Positions 42,732 through 53,256 of a stretch of 64,000 nucleotides of DNA are shown here, in pieces (positions within the stretch are counted from its first letter, which is position 1; each line of letters opens with the position of its first letter). The notes below the pieces were generated by a model that saw only the letters and a program-made list of their open reading frames with translations, was not told the DNA's origin and searched no databases. The position numbers were made by a program, and so were the translations under genes. This DNA comes from an uncultured Clostridia bacterium (GTDB taxonomy: Bacteria; Bacillota; Clostridia; TANB77; CAG-508): the NCBI GenBank assembly GCA_948857205.1, contig CAQPRV010000062.1:46-64045 (forward strand). Reading direction: 5' to 3'.

Positions 42732-43132
42732 TCATTTTTCAAATTCGTCTAGTGATTTGAATTCATATCCCATGTTTTTTGCTTCTTTTATTATGCTATC
42801 TAATAGGTCTGTATTTGTTTTTGAGTTTCCATGTAATAGCATTATTTCTCCATTATGCAAATTATTTATTATCTTTGTTTTTGATTTTTGTTCATCTGGC
42901 TGTTTATTTTCGTTCCAGTCTTCATATGCAAAGGACCACATTACTGTTTTATATCCTATTGTTTGTGTTAGTTGTAAGGTTCTTTGACTAAATTCGCCTT
43001 TTGGTGGTCTCATGTATTTCATTTCATAACCAAATTTTTCATAGATTGTTGTGTGTAATTCTGTCATTTCTGATTTTACTTTTTCATCTTCTAAATCTGG
43101 CATACTTTTATGATTAACAGTATGATTTCCTA
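42732..43132 (-). CDS. pdaA: pdaA-like delta-lactam-biosynthetic de-N-acetylase, C-terminal segment
   Basis: GNHTVNHKSMPDL..YMRPPKGEFSQRTLQLTQTIGYKTVMWSFAYEDW..IMLLHG aligns with the second half of B. subtilis PdaA. Sequence upstream of 43132 is element-derived. Confidence 0.85.
43119..43132. repeat. 14-bp direct repeat (att core) AGTATGATTTCCTA, right-hand gene junction
   Basis: Identical 14-mer at 60173-60186. Both copies encode (V/L)GNHT in the pdaA frame. Confidence 0.85.
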
Positions 43133-43283
43133 ATTTCTTAATGTCTAAATTTATTTCAGTTCCTGGAAGCTTTAGCTGACGTAGAACTGAATTATGCAAA
43201 TGTTACAAATTCTTATGACTTGTCATTTAGAATTTGTTAATTTGTTTATCGGTTTCTTAACCATTTTTTTATGTTATATGTAT

Positions 43284-44918
43284 TTACTTGTTATTGACAT
43301 TAATATTATTCTGAAAAGTTAGTTTAATTTTTATATTTTTTTCTTTATCAAATTCTATTCTTTTAATTAGCTTTTCTAATATCATTTTATTAAGCTTTTC
43401 CATTTTTAAGAACTCATTTGCTATTTGTTTTATTTCTTTAAAATCTATTTGTGGCAATTTCTCTTTACTTTCTTTTAATTCTTTTTCTAATTTTTTAATC
43501 TCTTTTAGAATTTTATTTCTTTCGTTTTGTTTCTTCTCGTAAATTATTTTAAAATCTTCTAATTGTATTACTTTATTTATTTTATCTTGATAAATTTCTT
43601 CAATTGTATTCTCTATATTTTGTAAAGTATTTTTTAATTCTTGTAATTTTATACTTAGTAAATTACTTTTTGTTTGTGCTTGAATTTCCGCTTCTTGATA
43701 AATTTGCTTAATCTCTTTTTCTAACAAACTTATTTTTTCTATCTCTACTTTTATTGTTTGTTGTACTGCTTCTTCGATTAAATTTGCTGATATTTGCTTA
43801 CAATCACATAATCCACTATAATTATTTCTTTTCGAACAGATAAAATAAGTTGCTCTCCAAATACTTCCATCTTTCCTTTTTTCTTCTCTACATCTTAAAG
43901 TTGCCTTATTTCCACATTCCCCACAATATACTAAACCTTTTAAAGGATGGTCATATTTTCTATCTCTTGCTTTTGTATAACCATTTAATTTTTCTTGTGC
44001 TTTATTCCAAGTTTCTATATCAATTATTGCTTCATGCATATTTTCTAAAACAATATGTTCTTCTTTTTTTGTACATCTTACTTTAGCTATTTTATGGCTT
44101 ACTTTTTGAAATTTTCTTCCTACTACACTTCCTAGATAAACTTCATTTCTTAAAATCTTGCCAATTTGTGCTCTAAGCCAAATATATTTTCCATTTGGAT
44201 TTCTACTACATTTTTTCATATAAGTTTGAATTTTTAAATATACTGCTGGTGGCTCTATGTCTCTTCTATTTAACTCATCAGCTATTTTTATGGTTGACAT
44301 TCCTTTATTTACATACATATCAAATATTTCTTTTATGATTTGTGAGCTAAACTCATCTGGTATTAAATGATTTTTTTGCTTGATATCTTTTTTGTAACCA
44401 TATGGTGGTATTCCTGCTTGATATTCTCCTTTTTCTATTTTTCTTTGTTTTACACTTTTTATTTTATTGGATATGTCTTGTGCATAATAGTCATTAAAGC
44501 TAAGTTTGAATGTTAAAAATTGCAATCCATCTGCTTTTAAAGTATCTACATTATCTCCAATCGCTATGTATCTTATATTTTTACCTGGCAAAAATCTTTC
44601 TAAATAATATCCTGTATCAATATGATCTCTTCCAAATCTTGATAAGTCTTTTGTTATGATACAATCAATTTTTTCTTCTTCTATGTCTTTTAGCATTTTT
44701 TGAAATCCAGGTCTATTAAAATTTGTTCCTGTATAACCATCATCTACATATTCTCCTACTTCTATTAATTCTTTATGTCCTAGTATGTAATTATCAATAA
44801 TATCCCTTTGGTTTTCTACACTTTCACTTTCCCTGTCATCTCCATCCTCACGAGATAAACGTATGTATTTTGCAACTCTTATGTTTCTATAACTATTCAC
44901 TCTATTTATCTTAATCAC
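43284..44918 (-). CDS. Large serine recombinase (SpoIVCA/CisA-like)
   Basis: Resolvase catalytic domain VAKYIRLSREDGD...DGYTGTNFNRPGF...DLSRFGRD, recombinase domain, zinc ribbon CGECGNK...C, long coiled-coil tail; 544 aa. Confidence 0.9.
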   Translation of the reverse strand: MIKINRVNSYRNIRVAKYIRLSREDGDDRESESVENQRDIIDNYILGHKELIEVGEYVDDGYTGTNFNRPGFQKMLKDIEEEKIDCIITKDLSRFGRDHIDTGYYLERFLPGKNIRYIAIGDNVDTLKADGLQFLTFKLSFNDYYAQDISNKIKSVKQRKIEKGEYQAGIPPYGYKKDIKQKNHLIPDEFSSQIIKEIFDMYVNKGMSTIKIADELNRRDIEPPAVYLKIQTYMKKCSRNPNGKYIWLRAQIGKILRNEVYLGSVVGRKFQKVSHKIAKVRCTKKEEHIVLENMHEAIIDIETWNKAQEKLNGYTKARDRKYDHPLKGLVYCGECGNKATLRCREEKRKDGSIWRATYFICSKRNNYSGLCDCKQISANLIEEAVQQTIKVEIEKISLLEKEIKQIYQEAEIQAQTKSNLLSIKLQELKNTLQNIENTIEEIYQDKINKVIQLEDFKIIYEKKQNERNKILKEIKKLEKELKESKEKLPQIDFKEIKQIANEFLKMEKLNKMILEKLIKRIEFDKEKNIKIKLTFQNNINVNNK

Positions 44919-45003
44919 TCTCCTTTTTTGAGAGTAAATAGCCTATTTAAAGTTATTCAAATTGTAACATGTTCTCTATAATTTGTTAGCTCCAAATAAG
45001 CAT

Positions 45004-45123
45004 TTATTTTTCATTTATCGTAATATATTCTATATATTGTTCTGTTAATAGGTCTATTATTATTTGTTTCAAATCCTCTTGTCCATATTCTATTTTAATA
45101 TTTATATCTTGTTCATTTTTCAT
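45004..45123 (-). CDS. 39-aa acidic ORF upstream of the recombinase (candidate directionality factor)
   Basis: Hand translation gives MKNEQDINIKIEYGQEDLKQIIIDLLTEQYIEYITINEK, with an AAGGAG RBS 10 nt upstream. Below the ORF-track size cutoff. Confidence 0.3.
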   Translation of the reverse strand: MKNEQDINIKIEYGQEDLKQIIIDLLTEQYIEYITINEK

Positions 45124-45642
45124 AATGTTTTGTCTCCTTATAAGTTTTGTTTAATTTTATGAATAGAAATTTAAAGTTATTACTCTATTATTAAAAACAA
45201 ACTTAAAATATGAAAATGGGACAAAACTAGAAAATTTAACATCAAAAAAGAGATACTAATTTTATTAATGTATCTCTTACTTTTCTATTATTTTCCATAT
45301 TTATTGTAATTTGTTATTCAAAATAGTATGTTTCATTTTTGTTATTTTGAATTGTTGCATTTTTAGGTATATCAGAAGTAAGAAAATCTTTCTCACTTTT
45401 TATTATACCTTTCCATATTATTTTAGATATATCTTCATCTCCAATCATTTTAATAACTTGCAATTTTGCAGTTACTTCGTATTATTGCTATTATCTTTTT
45501 TTATTGCTGAACCAATTACCATACCCAAAAGCATACCAATACACATTCCAACCCCTATGCAAGTACCAATGTTTTCTAGTTCTCTGTTTTAATCTAAAAA
45601 GTACAGAAAAAATACAGAGTTCCCACCATAGTATATTCTTGT

Positions 45643-46500
45643 TTATTTAACATTTTCATATACTTCTTTTAATATTTCATATCGCTTTTCTATAATCTTT
45701 TTATAGAAATTTTTTCTTGCTATAGACATACCTTCCACATCATCAATAAATCTATTTATTGTATCTATATTAATATTTAAAAATAATCTTATAATAGCCT
45801 TATTACATTCTTCATTATTCATTTGTTTCATATATGTCATATAATTAATTTTCTTTCCATTTTCTTTTAAACAAGAATAACAATTTATTGCCATATTTTT
45901 TAATTCTATTTCATTTATTTTCTCAATTTTCTCATCTTCAAGCATTGGATTTAATGCTGAACCACAATCATATATTGGAGAAAATTTTACTTTTCCTGTA
46001 TTTTTATTCAATACGAATCCCCAGTTACCATTGTGCCTATCTGTATTTCCAATTAAACTATCAATAACAAACATGTCCCAAAATTTCTGTTTTGTTTCTT
46101 CTGTATGAATCATTTTGCTTTCTTCTATAACTTCCATAATATCATTTAATTCTGTTTCTATTTTTTTGTCTGGATTTGTACTTAATGCTAAATTTTCAAA
46201 TTCATATAATATATGTTCATTGTCTGTAAAATCCTCACATGCACATACTATCTTTTCTTTTCCATTATAGTTATACTTCCCCAGTATTGTATTTTGAACT
46301 TCAAAATCGCATATTTTAAATATATTGCTTCCAATATATTCGGAAAAAGCATTATTAATATAAGATATATTTTTATTTTTTTCTCTAACTGGATCTGGAA
46401 ATTTTACTAAATATTTTTTATTATCATATATTAAAGTTTTCTTTTTTTCTGAACCTTTATAATTATTAAATTCTTCTATTGCATTTGTAAAATCAATCAT
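45643..46500 (-). CDS. HipA-like Ser/Thr kinase (C-terminal kinase domain only)
   Basis: Catalytic loop LIGNTDRHNGNWGF and SPIYDCGSAL. GGAGGAAATACAATG RBS/start. No HipB-like HTH gene adjacent. Confidence 0.65.
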   Translation of the reverse strand: MIDFTNAIEEFNNYKGSEKKKTLIYDNKKYLVKFPDPVREKNKNISYINNAFSEYIGSNIFKICDFEVQNTILGKYNYNGKEKIVCACEDFTDNEHILYEFENLALSTNPDKKIETELNDIMEVIEESKMIHTEETKQKFWDMFVIDSLIGNTDRHNGNWGFVLNKNTGKVKFSPIYDCGSALNPMLEDEKIEKINEIELKNMAINCYSCLKENGKKINYMTYMKQMNNEECNKAIIRLFLNINIDTINRFIDDVEGMSIARKNFYKKIIEKRYEILKEVYENVK

Positions 46501-46723
46501 TGTATTTCCTCCGATTTTTATTATCTAGTTATTAGTATAGCACAAACTATTTGTATTGACTATATTTTGCAAAATATATTTTAATTCTTTCAGTAACTAA
46601 TCACCTCTCTTTTTATATTTGAATAAAAATTGTTATTATTTACCCTATTTATTGTAACTTGTCTTTTAACTATTTATTCTATAAATTCTATAAAGTAATA
46701 ATCTCTATAGTCATTTATTCTTT

Positions 46724-47005
46724 TCAGTTCATCAAATTGAATCGAGAAATTTCTTGATGATTTAAATTATCAATACTTCCTATATGATTTAATATACATA
46801 CTTTGACAAGTTCAATTTTGTCATCATCATATTTAAATTTCTTTAAAATTTCACTTGCTATTTTAGCTCCATGTATATGATGTTCTTTATACAATTTATA
46901 ATCTGTAAATGAAGCAATGTCATGTAACCAAGCTGAAATTATACATACCTCTTTATCAACATTATATTTATTAGCAAGATTATATAATGAATTGTGTATT
47001 TTACA
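46724..47005 (-). pseudogene. HD-domain hydrolase remnant
   Basis: Open frame encodes ...VCIISAWLHDIASF...HHIHGAKIASEIL...ILNH but has no start codon, and a TAA lies immediately upstream (47006-47008). Confidence 0.5.
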
Positions 47006-47040
47006 TTATTTAAAAGTATTAAGACAGTCTATGATAATTT

Positions 47041-47077
47041 AAAAATGAGCATATTTAAAACTAATATACTCATTTTT
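47041..47077 (-). terminator. Rho-independent terminator after the HD-GYP-like gene
   Basis: AAAAATGAG(C/T)ATAT inverted repeat with a T-run on the minus strand, about 55 nt after the stop at 47131. Confidence 0.6.
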
Positions 47078-47130
47078 CATTTATATAATTTTGACTTGAT
47101 TTTTCTCTGTATATTATTTTATATAATATT

Positions 47131-48318
47131 TTAGCGATCATAACCTTTGTTTCCAATATCTTCAACTACAGTATCAACTTGCTTTTTCTGTAATTTTTCT
47201 CTGTCACTTATTACTGATTCTATTGTTATTGACTTTCGATCTCTTAGGTCTATTACCATTCCAGAATCTTCTACACGAACTATTGGTCTATATATATCAT
47301 TTGGTCCAATAAAACTTTCTCTTACTATTGCTGATTCTCCAGTTGATAATTTCACTTTAGTTCCAATAGGATACAAAGGAATATTATTTACAAATAATTG
47401 ATACAATTCTCCACTTATTTCACCTATATGCACTAAGTAAGCAAGTTTTGTTGCAACTTGTTCTAAAGATTTTTTACCTTCTATTGCTTCTTCCATTGCC
47501 CTATCATAATCATTACAAAAATGAATAATTTTTGCTCCATCCATATAAGGTAAACTTATTTGATTATATGATAAAGAAATTTTTAAAGGTCCATTTTCTG
47601 ACTCTGGCTCATTTGATAATAATACCATTCTTTTAGAAAAATTACTAATATCTTCTATATTAGATAATACACTATATCCATATACTGATGAATATCTGTC
47701 ATCATATCTATCAAGTGGTGTATCTTTAATTTCTGGAAAAGCTTCTGCTAGTCGTTCTATTCCAGAAATTTCTGTTATTTTATCAAGTTGTCCATCTTTA
47801 TTACAAGTCTTTCCAATATCGTGAAATACTGCAGCCATTGCAACATCTTGTAAATTTACTAAATATTTACTACAACTACTAGGATATAAAGTTTGTAATC
47901 TATTATTATGCAATTTACTTAAAACAATTGAAAAACATGCTACTCTTACAGAATGGTCATACCTCTTCTTATCATTAAAATAAGGTTGTAAATCATAATG
48001 AAAAGTTTCATCATTTTTTATTGACTCAACTATTTGATTAACCTGAAATTTAACCTTTTTTACATTTGTACCATCTAAATTATCCATAATTCCTTCTAAT
48101 GTTCGAGATAAATCATTTCTTAAATATGAACTAATAGTCTTTATTTGTTCTTTTTCTCTAATATCTAAATTAATATATTTTATACCAAATTTATATATTA
48201 ATTCTAAATCCCTTGAAGTTAATTCTTTAGCTTTAGGAATAATTAAACTACCTTGATTTGAATATACATTATCACTAACTTTCATTCCAACTTTTACCTT
48301 ACTAACATGTACTCTCAT
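47131..48318 (-). CDS. HD-domain protein of the HD-GYP type (degenerate GYP region)
   Basis: N-terminal MRVHVSKVKVGMKVSDNVYS..G.LIIPK, which resembles what I recall for HD-GYP phosphodiesterases. HSVRVA and AAVFHDIGK HD motifs. No clear HHExxDGxGYP. Confidence 0.6.
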   Translation of the reverse strand: MRVHVSKVKVGMKVSDNVYSNQGSLIIPKAKELTSRDLELIYKFGIKYINLDIREKEQIKTISSYLRNDLSRTLEGIMDNLDGTNVKKVKFQVNQIVESIKNDETFHYDLQPYFNDKKRYDHSVRVACFSIVLSKLHNNRLQTLYPSSCSKYLVNLQDVAMAAVFHDIGKTCNKDGQLDKITEISGIERLAEAFPEIKDTPLDRYDDRYSSVYGYSVLSNIEDISNFSKRMVLLSNEPESENGPLKISLSYNQISLPYMDGAKIIHFCNDYDRAMEEAIEGKKSLEQVATKLAYLVHIGEISGELYQLFVNNIPLYPIGTKVKLSTGESAIVRESFIGPNDIYRPIVRVEDSGMVIDLRDRKSITIESVISDREKLQKKQVDTVVEDIGNKGYDR

Positions 48319-48460
48319 ATTTTAACACTCCTTATTAAAATTTAACATCAATTTAATTATAACATTTTTTATCATAACTAGTCAATCTTTTAAATTTTTT
48401 CAGAAATAAAGATTAAATTCAAGTTACATTTTAGTAAATGGCTATATTTTTATGTAATTA

Positions 48461-50041
48461 TTATATATCTCTAAAACTATTATATTTTTTGTATGCAATT
48501 ATTGAAAACAATAAAATTATTAATATTGTAGAAATAATTGTAATTGTACCAGTTTTAGGTAATATTCCCTTAGCTGTTGTTATATCAATATTATTTGATT
48601 TTATATTATTTGTTCCACTTGCACTTGCATTTGTATTTGTTTTATTCACTTTATTTATTAACTCTTCTTTTGTTTCTGATAATTTGATTTTTGGGCTACT
48701 TGATAACATTAATTCATAACTTTTAGCTGATATATCTTTATATGTTAATATTACTTTTTCATTTGTTGCAATTGTTTTATTTACTAACTTTACGTTTTTC
48801 ATGTCTTTTATTTTTAATTTATACCTTAATGTCGCTACTTCATTTCCTTTTAATTTATCTATATCCCATGTTATAGTGTTATTTGTTTTATCTATTGTTT
48901 TAGATACTGAACCTAACCTTGGATTATTTAAATAAGAAAATTCAAAATTCTCTATAATTTCTTTTGGAAAATAGTCTGTTATTTTTACATTAGTAATATC
49001 TGGTTGTATCTTTTGTTGTACATCTTGATAAATATTTTCAGTTATAATAGTATCTATATTACTATCTTTAAAGCTATACATTTTTCCATAAGTTGGATTC
49101 TCTATTGTTCCATATAAATCTTTTACATATGGACTTCCATCAAATTCCAATACTTTTTCTCCTGAAGAATTATACCAATTTTCGTTATAACTTGTATCAT
49201 CTGGTCTTAATAATATAAATGAAACATTAGATTCTTTCAACGTTAGAATTTCATTTTTTGTACTAGTAGCAATTTTATTATATTTTCCATTAACAGCTTC
49301 TTCTAGTGTACTATATTCAGAAAACCAGCCAGTAGTAACTTTAGCTTTAACTCCTATAGATACAGTTGGAACATTATCATATAATGATATTAAAATTTTA
49401 TTAGTATTTTGTGAATAACTATTATTTGCTAATCTAATAGCAGATTGCAAATTACTATAATATTTAGTTTTAGAGGTATTCATTTTTTGTAACCCACTTT
49501 TTATACTATCAACATTATTGGTTAATCCAACTATTATTTCAGAATTAGAATTATTCCCAGGAACATCTGATTCATCTTTATCACCTGTAACTTGTTTGCC
49601 ACTTTCATCAATATAACTATCTTTAATTGGTCCTTTAATTCCAATAACTCCAATTTTTGTATTTGCATTTACTTTAAAAATTTTACTTGATAATTTTTCT
49701 ATATTATTGATATATTTTGACAGTTCTTTATCATCATGTGAAATATTTTCACTTACAAGTAAATACACTTCTGTATTTTCATATACTTCTTTTTGGTCAT
49801 TCTCTTTTTTTATATTTTCTAATTTTAATTCAATTGAAACTTCTCCTGTATCTGGATTTGAATCTACAATTGTTTTGGAAATATTTCCTTGATTATTATC
49901 TAAATATTTAGTTTCACTTGCTTTTTCAACAATATCTAACGATGTTTTTAAATCACTAGCTAAAGAATTTGAAATTATGCTAAATATAAAAAATAATATC
50001 AAAGAAATAACTATAATTTTATTTGTACTTTTTCTGTTCAT
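48461..50041 (-). CDS. LPXTG-anchored surface protein with vWA-like and pilin/Cna-B-like domains
   Basis: Signal peptide and a C-terminal LPKTG + TM + basic tail. The central vWA-like fold has a degenerate MIDAS (LLVSENIS in place of DxSxS). Confidence 0.7.
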   Translation of the reverse strand: MNRKSTNKIIVISLILFFIFSIISNSLASDLKTSLDIVEKASETKYLDNNQGNISKTIVDSNPDTGEVSIELKLENIKKENDQKEVYENTEVYLLVSENISHDDKELSKYINNIEKLSSKIFKVNANTKIGVIGIKGPIKDSYIDESGKQVTGDKDESDVPGNNSNSEIIVGLTNNVDSIKSGLQKMNTSKTKYYSNLQSAIRLANNSYSQNTNKILISLYDNVPTVSIGVKAKVTTGWFSEYSTLEEAVNGKYNKIATSTKNEILTLKESNVSFILLRPDDTSYNENWYNSSGEKVLEFDGSPYVKDLYGTIENPTYGKMYSFKDSNIDTIITENIYQDVQQKIQPDITNVKITDYFPKEIIENFEFSYLNNPRLGSVSKTIDKTNNTITWDIDKLKGNEVATLRYKLKIKDMKNVKLVNKTIATNEKVILTYKDISAKSYELMLSSSPKIKLSETKEELINKVNKTNTNASASGTNNIKSNNIDITTAKGILPKTGTITIISTILIILLFSIIAYKKYNSFRDI

Positions 50042-50101
50042 TTTTTACTTCCCCTTTTATTATAAATTTTAAAAAAACTTTAACTATAAAATCTACTCAT
50101 C

Positions 50102-50608
50102 TTAAAATCCAATTACTGAACCTTTTGAAATTTGATATTTGTCTAATTGGATTCTTTCACCTAACATACTACAATATAAATAAATATTGTATTCATCTCT
50201 GTTATCTGTATAAACAACAATTGCATTTAATTTTGGTTTTCCATAGTAATTTATACTAGCTCTTACACATTGCATGTTTTGCATTTTATCAAGTTTTGAG
50301 TCTTTTTGCATTTTTTCATAAACTTTTTGACTAAATTCGTTTATTGAATCTCTATTAATTAGTTTCATTGTATATTGTTTTAGCAATTCTCTTATTGATT
50401 CTTCTGTAAAACTTTCGTTTTCTTCTAAGAACTTTTTTAAATGGCTCTTTTCAACACTTCCTTCTACTTTACTTTCAATTTCTGAAGAGCTTATCCCTGT
50501 ATTTTTTAAAACTTGTTGTGTTGCCCTATGTTTTAGATCTCCTAATTTAGTATTTATAAATATAAAACCTACAAACCCTAGGAATATTATAATAATTATA
50601 AAAAACAT
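50102..50608 (-). CDS. Membrane-anchored hypothetical protein
   Basis: ATG 50608 follows a GGGAGGTG RBS. One N-terminal TM helix. No motif recognised. Confidence 0.5.
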   Translation of the reverse strand: MFFIIIIIFLGFVGFIFINTKLGDLKHRATQQVLKNTGISSSEIESKVEGSVEKSHLKKFLEENESFTEESIRELLKQYTMKLINRDSINEFSQKVYEKMQKDSKLDKMQNMQCVRASINYYGKPKLNAIVVYTDNRDEYNIYLYCSMLGERIQLDKYQISKGSVIGF

Positions 50609-51093
50609 GTATTTCACCTCCCTTTTTAGCTTCAAAAATTATTAAACTTTAAAAAATATAATCTTAGTAGTAAATATATCAATAAATGTTATTTTGTCAA
50701 CTAGTTAACACTATTGTAAATTAAATATATTATGGTATTCTATAAGCCGAATTTGTATTCAAATATATTGTAACTCTTTAAATTATAATAAGTTTAGATT
50801 TTTTAAAATTCAAGAATTGAATAAAAAATTTCGTATATTATTTTTTCATTACATTTACATTACAAAAAAATCATAATTCACCTTATTGAATATTTTTTTA
50901 TTTTTCTCTATATTTTCCTTCTATAATGTATTTTATATAATCCATTGCCTTCAAAACTTTCCATTATAGAACAAAAGCGTCATGATCAGAATACTTTGAC
51001 CCTTTAACTTACTCACATTTAGCGTTTTTGTTCGCCCACGAAAATTCTGGAAAAATTTTCTGTGAAATGTGCTTGTGTTTTTGTTGTATAAAA

Positions 51094-51129
51094 AAAGAAT
51101 CCATTTTAATATAAAAAATGAATTCTTTT
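51094..51129 (-). terminator. Rho-independent terminator after the V-ATPase operon
   Basis: Minus strand AAAGAATTCATTTT ttatatt AAAATGGATTCTTT followed by a T-run, 10 nt after the ntpD stop. Confidence 0.7.
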
Positions 51130-51138
51130 ATTTTTTAA

Positions 51139-51774
51139 TTATTTAACAAGCATTTCTTTAATTTTCATAAGTCTTGATGTAGACGCTCTTTCATCTTCTG
51201 ATAATTTAAGTCCAATATATTTTATAGTATCAATATAATTTGGAATAGTAACATTTTCAATTGCATTAACTCTTCTTCTAGTCTTTTCAATTTCAGCTGA
51301 AATAAGTTCTATAGCTTTTTCATTTTGTGCAAGTTCTAATAAAAATTTAGAAACTTCTGAGAAGCTTTCAATTGCCTTATCTAATTCAGATGTAGTATAT
51401 GCAAATCCATAAAGTGCTTTATTAGAAGTATCCTCTTGCAATTTTTCACTAAAATGATATTTAGGGATTTTAACACTCATTACGCTTGTTTCTCCAATAT
51501 CTATTGAGACAGATTTTTTTGGTATAATTAAAGCTTCTTCTATATATTCTTCTCCTATAACAGCTTTAGCTAGCATAAAATTTTGATAAGCCTTTTGTAA
51601 ACCTTCATCTGTTTTTTTACGAAGTTCTTGATTTTGTCTAACTAAATCAAGTAATTTTTTTATTAATTCATCTAATTTATCTTTTAATAGTTTATGCCCT
51701 TTTTGTGCTGTTTTTAGAGATTTTTTCATATTGATACTTTCTATACGGGTCAAATTAACATTTAATACTGCCAT
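51139..51774 (-). CDS. ntpD: V-type ATPase subunit D
   Basis: 211 aa coiled-coil. VNLTRIESINMKKSLKTAQKGHKLLKDK. Confidence 0.9.
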   Translation of the reverse strand: MAVLNVNLTRIESINMKKSLKTAQKGHKLLKDKLDELIKKLLDLVRQNQELRKKTDEGLQKAYQNFMLAKAVIGEEYIEEALIIPKKSVSIDIGETSVMSVKIPKYHFSEKLQEDTSNKALYGFAYTTSELDKAIESFSEVSKFLLELAQNEKAIELISAEIEKTRRRVNAIENVTIPNYIDTIKYIGLKLSEDERASTSRLMKIKEMLVK

Positions 51775-51882
51775 ATAACATTTTCCTCTCTATATATTTA
51801 AAATTATTTGTTACTTACTAACCTTAGATATATTTTAATTATTTTATAAAGTTTTTCGTTCAAGCTAATTTTCGAAGAAATA

Positions 51883-53256
51883 TTAATCTCCAATATAATA
51901 TTTTTCAATATACATATCTTTTATACGTTTTAATTCTTGTTTAGGTAAGGTAGAAAGTAATTTCCAACCAATATTTAAAGTTTCTTCAATACTTCTATCA
52001 GTATCAAAACCTTGGGCAATAAACTCTCTTTCAAAATCATCAGCAAATTTAGCATAAATTCTATCTAATTCAGAAAGTGCACTTTCCCCTAAAATTGCCA
52101 TCAATTCCTTTGCATCTTTACCACGAGCATATGAAGCAAATAATTGATTTAATACACCTGAATGATCTTCTCTTGTTTTACCTTTTCCTATACCTTCATT
52201 CTTCAAACGTGACAAAGAAAGTAAAACGTCAACAGGAGGAGTCATTCCTCTTTTATTTAAATCTCTACTTAAAACTATTTGACCTTCTGTAATATATCCT
52301 GTTAAGTCTGGTACTGGATGTGTTTTATCATCTTCTGGCATTGTTAAAATAGGAATCATTGTTACAGATCCTTCTTTTCCTTTTATTTTTCCAGCACGTT
52401 CATAAATTGTTGATAAATCTGTATATAAATATCCAGGATATGCTCTTCTACCAGGAATTTCTTTTCTTGCTGCTGAAATTTCACGTAAAGCTTCTGCATA
52501 GTTTGTCATGTCTGTCATAATTACTAAAACTTGCATATCTTGTTCATATGCTAAATATTCAGCTGCTGTTAAGGCCATACGAGGTGTTGAAATACGTTCT
52601 ACTGCTGGATCATTTGCTAGGTTAATAAACATTACTGATCTGCTTATTGCACCTGTTTCTTTTAGACTATTTTTAAAGAATTCTGCATCTTCAAAAGGTA
52701 TTCCTATTGCTGCAAAAACAACCGCAAATTTTGAGTCTTCTTTTAATACTTTTGCTTGTCTTGCTATTTGTACTGCAAGCTCTGCATGTGGAAGCCCTGA
52801 TCCAGAGAATATAGGTAATTTTTGTCCAATTACTAAGGTATTTAATCCATCAATTGAAGATACTCCTGTTTGAATAAATTCTGATGGGAATATTCTTGCA
52901 GCTGGATTTATTGGTTTTCCATTTATATCTATCTTTTTATCTGCTATTACATCTGGCATTCCATCTATTGCTTTTCCCATTCCGTTAAATACTCTTCCTA
53001 GAATATTTTTAGATACACCAAACTCTAAACCTTTTCCTAAAAATCTAACTTTAGATTCTTTTAGGTTTATTCCTGTACTACTTTCAAATAATTGAACTAG
53101 TGCAGCATTCTCTGTAACTTCTAAGACCTTGCATAATCTTTTCTCTCCATTTTGAAGTTTAATTTCTCCTATTTCATCATATTTAACGTTTTCTACATTT
53201 TCTACTAACATCAAAGGTCCTGCTGTTTCTTTTATTGTTTTATATTCTTTTATCAT
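51883..53256 (-). CDS. ntpB: V-type ATPase subunit B
   Basis: 457 aa, non-catalytic nucleotide-binding subunit. [22 protein letters not shown]. Confidence 0.95.
   Translation of the reverse strand: MIKEYKTIKETAGPLMLVENVENVKYDEIGEIKLQNGEKRLCKVLEVTENAALVQLFESSTGINLKESKVRFLGKGLEFGVSKNILGRVFNGMGKAIDGMPDVIADKKIDINGKPINPAARIFPSEFIQTGVSSIDGLNTLVIGQKLPIFSGSGLPHAELAVQIARQAKVLKEDSKFAVVFAAIGIPFEDAEFFKNSLKETGAISRSVMFINLANDPAVERISTPRMALTAAEYLAYEQDMQVLVIMTDMTNYAEALREISAARKEIPGRRAYPGYLYTDLSTIYERAGKIKGKEGSVTMIPILTMPEDDKTHPVPDLTGYITEGQIVLSRDLNKRGMTPPVDVLLSLSRLKNEGIGKGKTREDHSGVLNQLFASYARGKDAKELMAILGESALSELDRIYAKFADDFEREFIAQGFDTDRSIEETLNIGWKLLSTLPKQELKRIKDMYIEKYYIGD

Noticed and set aside
50940-51090. Possible third, diverged copy of the palindromic repeat (AGAATTTTCGTGGGCGAACAAAAACGCTAAAT resembles AGAATTTTGAGAATGGGGCAACGAAAACAATAAAT).
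   Set aside because: The similarity is short and patchy, and I cannot distinguish it from chance without an alignment statistic.
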